Assembly (NCBI GenBank): GCA_052033755.1
Contig: JBPOJH010000015.1
Coordinates: 10,564 to 74,563 of the forward strand
Length of the DNA: 64,000 nucleotides
Origin: Bdellovibrionota bacterium
GTDB lineage: Bacteria; Bdellovibrionota; Bdellovibrionia; Bdellovibrionales; Bdellovibrionaceae
Direction of reading: 5' to 3'
The notes under the pieces are model-generated. The model did no database searches and was not told where the DNA came from. It saw only the letters and a program-made list of their open reading frames with translations. Position numbers and translations under genes: made by a program. This document shows, one piece after another, positions 37,062 to 46,002 of this stretch (its first letter is position 1; every line of letters starts with the position of its first letter).

Positions 37062-40000
37062 CTTTCGGGAGTGAATCCTCGACGCATTAGATTTTCTGTC
37101 ACTACTCGAGGCTCCATAAATTGTTTTAAATAATCGGGGCCGCCGGTTTTACTGCCGATCCCTGACATTTTAAATCCACCAAATGGATGACGATCCACCA
37201 TGGCGCCCGTGATGCCTCGATTAATGTACAAATTGCCGCATTCAAATTGCTCGCGCACTTTTTGAATATTCACAGGGCTTCTAGAAAACAATCCGCCGGT
37301 CAGTGCGTATTCAGTCGAGTTCGCAATTTCGATAGCACTTTCCAAATCTTTCGCGCGGATCACGGCCACCACCGGGCCAAAGATTTCTTCTTGCGCCAAA
37401 CGAGAGGCTGGGTTGACATCCCCAAAAATCACAGCCGGTACAAAATATCCACCTTCGATTTTTTCGCCCTCGAATAACAATTGATATTCATTTTTGTAAG
37501 TAGCCACTAGATTCATAATGCGTTGATAGGCATCGGCATCAACAACGGGGCCAAAATAAGCTTTCGGATGTATCGCTGGCTTTTGTTCAATCGATCGAGC
37601 CGCTTCGACTAAGCGTTGAACAAATTTATCATAGACTTCGTCTAAGACAATCACTCGGCTGGCGGCGGAGCATTTCTGCCCACTAAAACCAAATGCTGAA
37701 TATAAAACTCCATCAACGGCCTCATCTAAATCCGCATCATTATCAATGATCACGGCATTCTTGCCGCCCATTTCGATCATGCAACGTTTGACGTGTTTCT
37801 GCCCCGGTTTAACGGTGCTAGCCGCATTTAAAATATGAAGTCCCACAGCTTTCGATCCTGTAAAAGCGATGGTGGCTGTCAATGGGTGTTGAACTAAATA
37901 CTCGCCAACAACTTCTCCTAAGCCAGGCAAGAACTGCACGACACCAGCTGGAAAACCAGCTTCGATCATTAAATCCATTAAGCCCTTGGCTACCAGACTG
38001 CTTTGTTCGGCGGGCTTCATGATAACAGTGTTTCCAGTCACTGCGGCGCCAACCGCCATTCCACACAATATAGCCAAAGGAAAATTCCACGGAGCAATGA
38101 CTACGGCCACGCCTCTAGGTTGGTAATGGTACCAAGAGCTTTCTCCAGGAATGTTGCCGACCATTTCGCCTTTAGATATTTTTCGAAAATCTTGGGCATA
38201 GTAACGACAGAAATCAATCGCTTCGGCCACATCGCCATCCGCTTCGGCCCAAGGTTTTCCAACCTCTAATATTTGTGTGGCTATTAACGAATATCGATCC
38301 CGCACCATCATGTCTGCCAAACGATCTAATAAGTCGGCGCGTTTGTCAGCGGATTCGTACTTCCAAGTTTTAAATGATTGCTGTGCGATCTGTATGGCAG
38401 TTTCCGCTTGCTCTACAGAAGCCAGACTGATTTGAGCAACGATTTCAGACGTGGCTGAGGGATTCACACGATCCAGCACGCTGGTGCCAGCGACTTCTTT
38501 ACCGCCAAAATACGGAAGCACTTTGATTGGCAATTTGGATTTTAAATTTTGAATGGCTTGGTCGACAGATTGACGATGGCGACTGACGGCAAAATCCAAT
38601 AAGGCTTCATTTTTAAATACAGTGGCCGGAACTTTCTCGTTGGCTTTGCTGTTTGTTGTAACGTGGATGGTATTGGCTGTGGATGCTTCTGAATTTAGAA
38701 CTTGTGAGTTTAACGATTGTGAATTTAAGACTTCCAATGGGTTTTTCAAAAGCTCGGCAGTGGTTTTACCTTCGGCAAATTTGCCACGTAGCCAAGATTC
38801 ATTGCTGGTATTTTCTAGTAGGCGTCGTACTAAGTACGCCATGCCAGGAATTAAATCACCCACCGGCGCGTACTCGCGTACGCGGTATCCCATATCGACC
38901 AATGATTTTTTAATGGGATCAGCCATACCGTACAACATTTGAATTTCAAAAGCCTCTTTGGGGACATTATATTTTTGTGCCGAGACAATCGCTGCCGAAA
39001 TGGTTCGAACATTATGTGAACCTAAAGCGACACGAATCACTGCGTGATTTTTCATTAACTCCTCGGCGCAAACTTCATAGTTGGCATCCGATTCAGATTT
39101 TTTCAAATAAACAGGAATGGGCCAATCGCGTTGTTGTGCTTCGACTGTTTCGTAATCCCAATAAGCTCCTTTTACTAAACGCACAGTGAATGGTGTTGCG
39201 CGAGATTTAGCAAAATCAATTAAGTCTTGAATGTCGGACAGGGAATCTCGCAAATAAGCCTGAATGACACAACCAAAATGTTTGTACGAGCGAAATTCGG
39301 GCTCCATAAGTAATTCTTTGTAGACCTCAAGGGTCAGATGTTTTACCGAATATTGCTCCATATCTAAATTTAGAAATACATTATTTTGTTGAGCTAAGCG
39401 GAACAAGGGACGTAGGCGTTCCTTGATTTTCAGTTTGGATTCGTCCCAAGCCGAGTCCTTGATTTGCGAATACAAAGCCGTCATCTTTACGCTGACGTTG
39501 ATTTTTGGGATGTCTCCCATATGATCTTTGTCGATGAGTGGAATGGATTCCCAATTTTTCGATTCTTTTGCTAACCATGAGATCAGCTCCATATAGCGGC
39601 CCTGGTATTCCAGTGCTTCCTTTTCGCTTAAGGTGGCCTCGCCTAAAATATCCACAGTGAAGGTGATTTTATTTTTTCTTGTTTTCTTGAGGACATTCAG
39701 CGCGTCTTTGGGGGTCTCGCCAGTAATAAACATTTTGGCCATTTCAGTGACATTTTTACGAATGGCCCCTGCCATTAATCCTGGAGCCAACTTTCCCAAT
39801 CCAAGGCCAACGTTAAATACGGAAGGTAGTTCTTCGCCGCCTTCGGTGAAGTATTCTTTTAAATGTTTGGCGACTTCGTTGCCAGAGTGCAAGGCGGGTA
39901 ATACATCCACAAAGCGAAACATATTAGTTTTAAAGCGAGGGTTTTTCATCGACCAATCCATAATGGCTCCGTACCACCAATCTTTGTTAAAAATCGATGA

Positions 40001-40096
40001 TTTAGATTGGGTTTCCATGCGCTTTAAAATGTCTTCGCCAGTATGTAAAATAGAGGATTCTGTATTTGGATCAATTGCTGTATTGGTATTTCTCAC
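37058..40096 (-). CDS. putA: bifunctional proline dehydrogenase / L-glutamate gamma-semialdehyde dehydrogenase PutA (no DNA-binding domain)
   Basis: N-terminal PRODH barrel region and a C-terminal ALDH with EMGGKN and FGFSGQKCSAASR. GTG at 40096 lies behind GGGAGG; the maximal ORF starts at TTG 40141. Confidence 0.9.
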   Translation of the reverse strand: MRNTNTAIDPNTESSILHTGEDILKRMETQSKSSIFNKDWWYGAIMDWSMKNPRFKTNMFRFVDVLPALHSGNEVAKHLKEYFTEGGEELPSVFNVGLGLGKLAPGLMAGAIRKNVTEMAKMFITGETPKDALNVLKKTRKNKITFTVDILGEATLSEKEALEYQGRYMELISWLAKESKNWESIPLIDKDHMGDIPKINVSVKMTALYSQIKDSAWDESKLKIKERLRPLFRLAQQNNVFLNLDMEQYSVKHLTLEVYKELLMEPEFRSYKHFGCVIQAYLRDSLSDIQDLIDFAKSRATPFTVRLVKGAYWDYETVEAQQRDWPIPVYLKKSESDANYEVCAEELMKNHAVIRVALGSHNVRTISAAIVSAQKYNVPKEAFEIQMLYGMADPIKKSLVDMGYRVREYAPVGDLIPGMAYLVRRLLENTSNESWLRGKFAEGKTTAELLKNPLEVLNSQSLNSQVLNSEASTANTIHVTTNSKANEKVPATVFKNEALLDFAVSRHRQSVDQAIQNLKSKLPIKVLPYFGGKEVAGTSVLDRVNPSATSEIVAQISLASVEQAETAIQIAQQSFKTWKYESADKRADLLDRLADMMVRDRYSLIATQILEVGKPWAEADGDVAEAIDFCRYYAQDFRKISKGEMVGNIPGESSWYHYQPRGVAVVIAPWNFPLAILCGMAVGAAVTGNTVIMKPAEQSSLVAKGLMDLMIEAGFPAGVVQFLPGLGEVVGEYLVQHPLTATIAFTGSKAVGLHILNAASTVKPGQKHVKRCMIEMGGKNAVIIDNDADLDEAVDGVLYSAFGFSGQKCSAASRVIVLDEVYDKFVQRLVEAARSIEQKPAIHPKAYFGPVVDADAYQRIMNLVATYKNEYQLLFEGEKIEGGYFVPAVIFGDVNPASRLAQEEIFGPVVAVIRAKDLESAIEIANSTEYALTGGLFSRSPVNIQKVREQFECGNLYINRGITGAMVDRHPFGGFKMSGIGSKTGGPDYLKQFMEPRVVTENLMRRGFTPES

Positions 40097-40238
40097 AAAG
40101 CCTCCCGCTAAACTGATTTCATCGATGGGGTGGATCCGCAAGATGAAGCTGTGTTGTTAAAGACTTCGATCTTCGTCATTGGTGCCATCGTTGAAAGTGT
40201 TAATTGGTCGGCATTCTGAAGAATTTAGAGCCACAATT

Positions 40239-40264
40239 CAAGTTTTTTCCGCAAGTTTTTTCCG
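40239..40264. repeat. perfect 13-bp tandem direct repeat upstream of putA
   Basis: CAAGTTTTTTCCG occurs twice without a spacer (40239-40251 and 40252-40264), in the sixA-putA spacer. Confidence 0.8.
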
Positions 40265-40352
40265 AAAGAAATTCGCTCGGCTGAAATGCCAAAAAAGGGA
40301 ACCAGAACAGAAAACCAGAAAAGAGAGGCCGTATATCAGAAGTCGTCAGTAG

Positions 40353-40841
40353 TTAGAGTTGGCCGCTTTGTTGAAAGTGCCACAAACCATCCTGAATTTG
40401 AAAATGAAAGTAGGCTCCGCTAGGCCAGTGGGAGTGAATATTGTTGCTAACACTTTCAGCTGTAGGAATAAGGGCTAGAGCTTCCTCCAGCCAATCCATA
40501 TGTGAACACAGCATGATATTTTGCTGCGATTTTTCTATTTTATTTAACTGTTGCTGAATGCGATCAATAAATTGTATGCGCGATTCTGTGTGCTTTTTTT
40601 CTTCCAATGCGGGAAGTGGCAACACTGTTTTTCCCAGATTTTGTGCCAAAGGCAGTAACGTTTGTTGTGTGCGCAATTTAGTAGAACCCCAAAGTTGATC
40701 GGGCTTAAATAATTTATTTTCTTCAAATAATTTCAATAAATTTTTAGCCTGAATCTGACCTTTTTCACTCAGTGGAGGATTGTTACTTCCAAAGGCGGAC
40801 AGTTTTTCGGCATGTCGTAAAATCAAAATTTGCATAAACAC
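40353..40841 (-). CDS. sixA: phosphohistidine phosphatase SixA-like (histidine phosphatase superfamily)
   Basis: 162 aa with an N-terminal ILRHAEK (RHG-type motif) and a later His in LCSHMDW. The size fits SixA. Confidence 0.7.
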   Translation of the reverse strand: MFMQILILRHAEKLSAFGSNNPPLSEKGQIQAKNLLKLFEENKLFKPDQLWGSTKLRTQQTLLPLAQNLGKTVLPLPALEEKKHTESRIQFIDRIQQQLNKIEKSQQNIMLCSHMDWLEEALALIPTAESVSNNIHSHWPSGAYFHFQIQDGLWHFQQSGQL

Positions 40842-40918
40842 AGGCTAGCAATGTCTTAGGTCTGAGTCATTAAGGAAAATATTGGTTTTTTTCCCGTTGA
40901 TGAAAAGAATAATGACAG

Positions 40919-41842
40919 ATGGTGAGTTCATTTAGTAGAACCATTCAAATGAAAGTTCAAAGATTTGTTTCTAATGATTTTACCGTGCGTGTGGCCGCTG
41001 TTGATGCGACTTTGGTCGTTCAAGAGATGCAACAGATCCAAAATACATTTCCACTAGCGACGATCGGTGTCGGCCGAGCCATGGTCGGAGCGCTTTTGAT
41101 GTCGGCTCAGTTAAAACCAGGGCAAGAGGTCGGGGTTTTGTTAAAGGGCAATGGCCCCTTGGGCAGTGTTTACGGTCAATCCAGTTACGAAGGACAAGTC
41201 CGTGGTTACTGTCCCAATCCTCAGTATGAAGCTCCGCAGGCGGAAGACGTTTTGAATCTTCATAAAGCGATGGGCTTTGGTCAGTTAACAGTTTCTAGAC
41301 AGCAACCTTTCCAACGTCAACCGCATTACGGGACAGTGGAAATGGTCAGTGGCGAAGTCGGGGATGACATCGCCCATTACCTACATCAGTCTCAGCAAAT
41401 TAGATCTATTGTGGCTTTGGGTGTGTATTTGGATCAGTTTGGTAAGGTCAAAGCGGCCGGTGGCGTTCTTGTAGAGGTCATGCCAGGTGTTGAAGACGAA
41501 GTGATAAAAAAAATGGAAGCCAACGCTGAAAAGCTGCAGAAGTTTTCTTTTTCGCAAGCCTTATTTGAGGGTGTTGCCATACCGGAAATCGTCTCTAAGT
41601 ATATGGAGGGTATTCCATTCACTCAGATTCCCCACGATTTTGAAATTCAGTATCATTGCCCCTGCACTCGGGATCGAGTTGTTCGAGCCTTAGAGACATT
41701 GGGTGTCGACGAGTTAGAGAAAGTCATTGCGGATCAAGAAGTATTACAAGTGCAGTGTCAGATGTGTGGACGTCCTTATAAAGTAGACCCCAGCGAGACG
41801 TTGACGATTAAAAACGAATTAGTAAAGCGCAGCTTGCACTAG
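40919..41842 (+). CDS. hslO: redox-regulated chaperone Hsp33
   Basis: The C-terminal zinc centre CPCTRDRV ... CQMCGRPY and the overall length fit Hsp33. Confidence 0.85.
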   Translation: MVSSFSRTIQMKVQRFVSNDFTVRVAAVDATLVVQEMQQIQNTFPLATIGVGRAMVGALLMSAQLKPGQEVGVLLKGNGPLGSVYGQSSYEGQVRGYCPNPQYEAPQAEDVLNLHKAMGFGQLTVSRQQPFQRQPHYGTVEMVSGEVGDDIAHYLHQSQQIRSIVALGVYLDQFGKVKAAGGVLVEVMPGVEDEVIKKMEANAEKLQKFSFSQALFEGVAIPEIVSKYMEGIPFTQIPHDFEIQYHCPCTRDRVVRALETLGVDELEKVIADQEVLQVQCQMCGRPYKVDPSETLTIKNELVKRSLH

Positions 41843-42143
41843 CCGGTTTCGTCTCGCGCTAGAGAGCCCCCCTCGGTGGTATCTTTTGGACGTCATTGGG
41901 TCAGAACTTCTCAATCGGATATGTACAAAATTAAGACCAATTATTCAGAATAGATACGGTAATATTAATTTTTTTTTAAAATTAAGAAGAACTTAATTTT
42001 ACAGTTGCCATTCTTAATAAATAATAAGGGAATGTAATTAAGGCAATCAAACGATGTTTGGTTTAACGCTATCCCAGGATAGCGTGAGGTTTTGTATTGA
42101 AACTGTAGGATTAAACAACACACAAGGAAGAGACAGGTTCGCT

Positions 42144-42836
42144 ATGACAACAGAAGCTCCTTTAAGAGTGCTAATTGTTGAAGATGAAGATGAAATTCGA
42201 GATTTTTTAGTTTCCCAATTTACTGAAAGTGGGGCTCAAGCGTATGGGCTAGCTTCCGGCGACCAAGTGATTCATGCATTGGACAGTTTTACTCCCAGTG
42301 TGATCTTGCTAGATCAAATGATGCCGGGCAAATCGGGTCGCGAAGTGATCAAAGACATACGATCGAGTGCGAAATTCAGTGAAACTCCTATTATGATGGT
42401 GACTGGCCTAGACGGCGAAGCTGAAAAGATACAAGCTCTTGAGATGGGAGCCGATGACTACGTTACCAAACCTTTTTCAGTTCGAGAGGTCATTGCTAGA
42501 TGCCATGCCTTGGTTCGACGTTCAAAGGCGGCTCATAAGCAACAGCAAAAAAACTTAATCGTAAAGGACTTAACGGTAGATTTTTCAGCTCACCGAGTGG
42601 TTTTAAAAGGTCAAGAAGTACCGTTGACGTTAACAGAGTTTAAAATTTTGGTAGAGTTATTAAAGCAATCTGGTCAGGTGTTAACACGTGATCGCTTGCG
42701 AGAACGCGCCTTGGGGAATTTGAATGTGACTGATCGTACGATCGATGTTCACATGGCTTCATTACGCAAAAAATTAGAAGAAATGGGTGAGTTTATCGAA
42801 ACTGTTCGTGGCGTTGGCTATCGAATGTCGGTTTAA
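42144..42836 (+). CDS. OmpR/PhoB-family response regulator (orphan)
   Basis: Receiver RVLIVEDEDEIRDFL...ILLDQMMPGKSG...KP and a winged-helix C-terminus LTLTEFKILVELL...VHMASLRKKL...VRGVGYRM. ATG at 42144 is chosen over the longer ORF. Confidence 0.9.
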   Translation: MTTEAPLRVLIVEDEDEIRDFLVSQFTESGAQAYGLASGDQVIHALDSFTPSVILLDQMMPGKSGREVIKDIRSSAKFSETPIMMVTGLDGEAEKIQALEMGADDYVTKPFSVREVIARCHALVRRSKAAHKQQQKNLIVKDLTVDFSAHRVVLKGQEVPLTLTEFKILVELLKQSGQVLTRDRLRERALGNLNVTDRTIDVHMASLRKKLEEMGEFIETVRGVGYRMSV

Positions 42837-42879
42837 TTCAATTTAGTTTTAAATTTTTAATCGTTTAGACAGGCAGATA

Positions 42880-42905
42880 GGGGAGTCGATGAGTAGTCGC
42901 TCCCC
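42880..42905 (+). other. GC-rich stem-loop downstream of the response regulator
   Basis: GGGGAG-T-CGA / TCG-CTCCCC stem with a 7-nt loop and no U-tract. It is followed by a second GC-rich hairpin, GCCGAA-GGG-TTCGGC, at 42955-42969. Confidence 0.4.
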
Positions 42906-43341
42906 AGATCTGAAGATGTGATGTGGGATGGGATAAGGTTCTCTAATCCAGGTCGCCGAAGGGTTCGGCCCGAGAACCGGCTGGCTAATTGTTAATAACC
43001 ACTACAGCAAAGGTCTTGCCAACTATTGACACCCAAAATGGATGCGAAATGCTCCTGAATTGAAACTCTGGGTGTACTTCAATTAATCATACTAAAGTCT
43101 AGTTATTTCAATTAGATATCTATTTGTATTAAAGTGAGATGTTTTATATTTAGACATTTTCTGAGTTTTCCAACATTTTGGAACTGGTGTCTAAATGTCT
43201 AGAAAAAACCTTATAATTCAATAAGTTATATCATCCATAAGAAAATGTATCAGTTTGGTCCAAACCTTGGATTACACAAAACTGAAAGAAACGCATTTTC
43301 ATTAGATTAACAGGAACCTGGAAGCAGGTTAGGTGGCTTGG

Positions 43342-43962
43342 ATGAAAAAATGGATATGGCTATTAGGTGCCCTTCCGATGGTTGCATTTATGTTGCAGGC
43401 TTGTAGTCCTCAACCGAAAGGGCAACCAGATTGTGGTTTTGTGCAAAACGTGTATGGCGAGCGAGTGGCTTGGAAAAAGGGTCTTCCGATTACATTATAT
43501 ATACATGAATCAGTTCCGCAAACTGCATATACGGCCATAGAAAATGCCGTGAAGGATTGGGAAGTGGCCATGGGACGACCCATGTTTCGAATTGGTGGAT
43601 ATGGGATTAAGTCTTCGGCAACACCTCAGCAAGATGGGGTGAATATGATTTATTGGATGCCGACTTGGGAAGTGGAAAAAGCCAGCGAGCAGGCAAGAAC
43701 CTCAGTTTATTGGATCTCGAATGAGATCAAAGAGACAGACATACGGGTGAATGCTAAGAATTTCAGTTTTTTCACCGACACACCAACTTCCAGTCGTGAT
43801 GTGCATTTAGAAAGTTTGATTCTTCATGAGATGGGCCATGTTTTGGGTTTAAAACATGAAGATCAATCAAATAGTGTAATGGGGACTTACCTGGCTTATC
43901 AGGCTAAGCGCACGGATATCTCGGCTCGCGACAAGGATTCCATCCGCTGTGAATATTTATAG
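43342..43962 (+). CDS. metzincin (matrixin-like, M10) zinc metalloprotease lipoprotein
   Basis: Lipobox MLQAC and an exact HExxHxxGxxH motif, HEMGHVLGLKH. Confidence 0.85.
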   Translation: MKKWIWLLGALPMVAFMLQACSPQPKGQPDCGFVQNVYGERVAWKKGLPITLYIHESVPQTAYTAIENAVKDWEVAMGRPMFRIGGYGIKSSATPQQDGVNMIYWMPTWEVEKASEQARTSVYWISNEIKETDIRVNAKNFSFFTDTPTSSRDVHLESLILHEMGHVLGLKHEDQSNSVMGTYLAYQAKRTDISARDKDSIRCEYL

Positions 43963-44042
43963 TTATGTACTTTTTTCATGTAAGAATATTTAAGTTGTGA
44001 AAACCAAACAATTCCACCTAGACTTTAGTTTTGGAGGTGTAA

Positions 44043-44291
44043 ATGCAAAATGCAAGACAGAATTCTGGATCTGAACTGAAGAGTATTAGCAGCGTTAGTA
44101 ACATCAGTGATCTAAGAAGTTTCTTAAGTGCTGAGCTCGAACCAGCTACACAACACTCTCCATCCGTTACGCCATCCATGGCATTGGATCCATTGATTAG
44201 ACTCAGCGACAACCTTGATCGGTTAGAAGACATGCATAAAAAGTTAAGCTTTGTAATGCATGAAATTCGTTATTCCCTAAAAGTAAAATAA
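44043..44291 (+). CDS. small hypothetical protein
   Basis: 82-aa ORF with a strong GGAGG RBS 5 nt upstream. Ser-rich N-terminus and an amphipathic C-terminal helix. Confidence 0.5.
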   Translation: MQNARQNSGSELKSISSVSNISDLRSFLSAELEPATQHSPSVTPSMALDPLIRLSDNLDRLEDMHKKLSFVMHEIRYSLKVK

Positions 44292-44362
44292 TACCAATTT
44301 CACTAAATAATTGTCCAACGTTGCAGATAGTTTTGCACCACTTAAGCAGCGCTGTGCTTTCG
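44291..44362. repeat. partial copy of the intergenic element seen at 58578-58709
   Basis: By hand alignment the first 22 nt match 21/22 (ATACCAATTTCACTAAATAATT). Roughly three quarters of about 72 nt are identical to 58578-58650, including CGTTGC and GTGCTTTCG blocks. Confidence 0.6.
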
Positions 44363-44383
44363 AAGTGATGTGCGTGGAGTGGT

Positions 44384-45943
44384 TTAGTCTTTTGTGGCGT
44401 ATGCTAATTTCGGTATGGTGAAAATTAAATAATCACCGTCTTTTTCCTGCCTAGCGATGTTGTTGGCTACTGGCTTCGTAAAAACGAATTCTTCTTTAAA
44501 GGTCTGAAAATTACTTGTCGCTAATTTCTTTGTGTCGGTTTCTAATTGATCTTTGTAGGACCGAGCTCCTGAAACAACAGCCTTGTCGTTATGGATACGA
44601 ACCTTGATGTTGTCTTTTTCATGAGGTGGAGCATAAGTTTTCAAGATATAATTTGTGGGTGTTTCAATTAGCCGACTACCGTGATTTTCTAATTTATAAA
44701 ATGGGTCATTTTCTGTCTTTGTATATTTTGCGACATCCTTGATGTGATCAATTTTTTTATTAATGAGGTCTTTATTAAAGATATCTGATTGGACTTGTGC
44801 CTCTTGTTTATATGTTCGCTTCAGACTATCGATATTTTTTTGATGTTCAATTCGTTGCTGTTGAATATTTTTTTCTTGAATGTCTTTGTTCTTAGCTAAA
44901 GCCTCTTGATAGTTTTTTGCTTGCAATTGCGATCTGGACTCGAATTGTTCTTTTCGACGATTGGTTTCACGATTGTAATATTCGTCTTGAGCTTGGACCT
45001 TGTGTTCTAATTGCTGTTTTTGTTCAGTGATTTGGGTTTCACCCTTAGTGTGAAGGGTGTCGATATTTGAATGATATTGTTCGCGTAACTTTTCAGCCTG
45101 AGAATTATATCGGATGTTTTCAGCTTCTAATTGGGACTGATTTTGTTTTTTGTAGTTATCCAGTTTTTGTTCGCCTTTAACCTGTGTTTGCTGGGCTTCT
45201 ATTTCAAAGGTATTTTTAATTTTGTTCAGTGACTGATCGCCTCGTTGGCGTTCGTTCGTTAATCGTTCGTCATTTTTATTACGAATATTTTCTAAGTTTT
45301 TTTGCGCTTCCGTTTTGTATCTATCGATGGCTTCGGCACGCGATTGTGATTCTTTTTGATAGATTTTTTGATAACTTTCATTTAGCTTTTGCAAATTAGA
45401 ATTCGAGCTATCAACTAATTTTTTTTGTTTTTCATTTTGACGTTTATAAATATCTTCGATTTTACCTTGGCCTTCTTGTTGAGCTTTTGATAGAAGTTCA
45501 TTTTGCTTTTCCAAGTATTGAGTTGTCGTGGATTGTTGACGTTTGCGAGTATCGGCTTCCTTTTGTTCCCATTGTTTTATGTTTTCTGAAACAGAGATTT
45601 CTTTATCTTTGATTCGGCTATCTAAGGCGCGGACATTGGCTTCGGTGTATCGTTTTAACTGCCCAATGCGCTCTTGACCTTGTTGTTGTTCATTGGCAAG
45701 ACGTTGATTGTAAAATTCTTGCGCGCCTTCAATGCTTTCTTTGCCTGATTTTCGAATGTGATTAATAGCGGCTTCATTGGTCTCTACAATTTTGGAGCGA
45801 TCATTATCATACTTATCGCGCAACTGTTGTAAGTCCTGTTCTTGATTTTCAATCAGGTCTTTACGCCGTTGGCGATAGTTCTTTTGAATGTCCGCTAAAT
45901 CCTGCGCCAACTCACGGTTGCGCTGAGCGATTTCAGAGGCCAT
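44384..45943 (-). CDS. long coiled-coil protein with a C-terminal alpha-crystallin (Hsp20-like) domain
   Basis: ATG at 45943 behind AGGAG. About 430 aa of Q/K/E/N-rich heptad-like sequence contains recurring Q..G...I/L units. The C-terminus is YILKTYAPPHEKDNIKVRIHNDKAVVSGARSYKDQ...FQTFKEEFVFTKPV...DGDYLIFTIPKL, matching the ACD pattern. Confidence 0.65.
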   Translation of the reverse strand: MASEIAQRNRELAQDLADIQKNYRQRRKDLIENQEQDLQQLRDKYDNDRSKIVETNEAAINHIRKSGKESIEGAQEFYNQRLANEQQQGQERIGQLKRYTEANVRALDSRIKDKEISVSENIKQWEQKEADTRKRQQSTTTQYLEKQNELLSKAQQEGQGKIEDIYKRQNEKQKKLVDSSNSNLQKLNESYQKIYQKESQSRAEAIDRYKTEAQKNLENIRNKNDERLTNERQRGDQSLNKIKNTFEIEAQQTQVKGEQKLDNYKKQNQSQLEAENIRYNSQAEKLREQYHSNIDTLHTKGETQITEQKQQLEHKVQAQDEYYNRETNRRKEQFESRSQLQAKNYQEALAKNKDIQEKNIQQQRIEHQKNIDSLKRTYKQEAQVQSDIFNKDLINKKIDHIKDVAKYTKTENDPFYKLENHGSRLIETPTNYILKTYAPPHEKDNIKVRIHNDKAVVSGARSYKDQLETDTKKLATSNFQTFKEEFVFTKPVANNIARQEKDGDYLIFTIPKLAYATKD

Positions 45944-46002
45944 AGATTCTCCTTTTGAGACACATCTAAAGTGTAACAAAAGTTCATCACAGAACCCACA
46001 GA

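Noticed and set aside
39633-40160. 175-aa ORF on the plus strand overlapping the putA 5' region, plus other ORFs inside putA (37187-37477, 37818-38090, 38003-38269, 38622-38942, 38977-39189, 39381-39578).
   Set aside because: All of them lie within or antisense to the putA coding sequence, which has strong PRODH and ALDH motifs. None has independent support.
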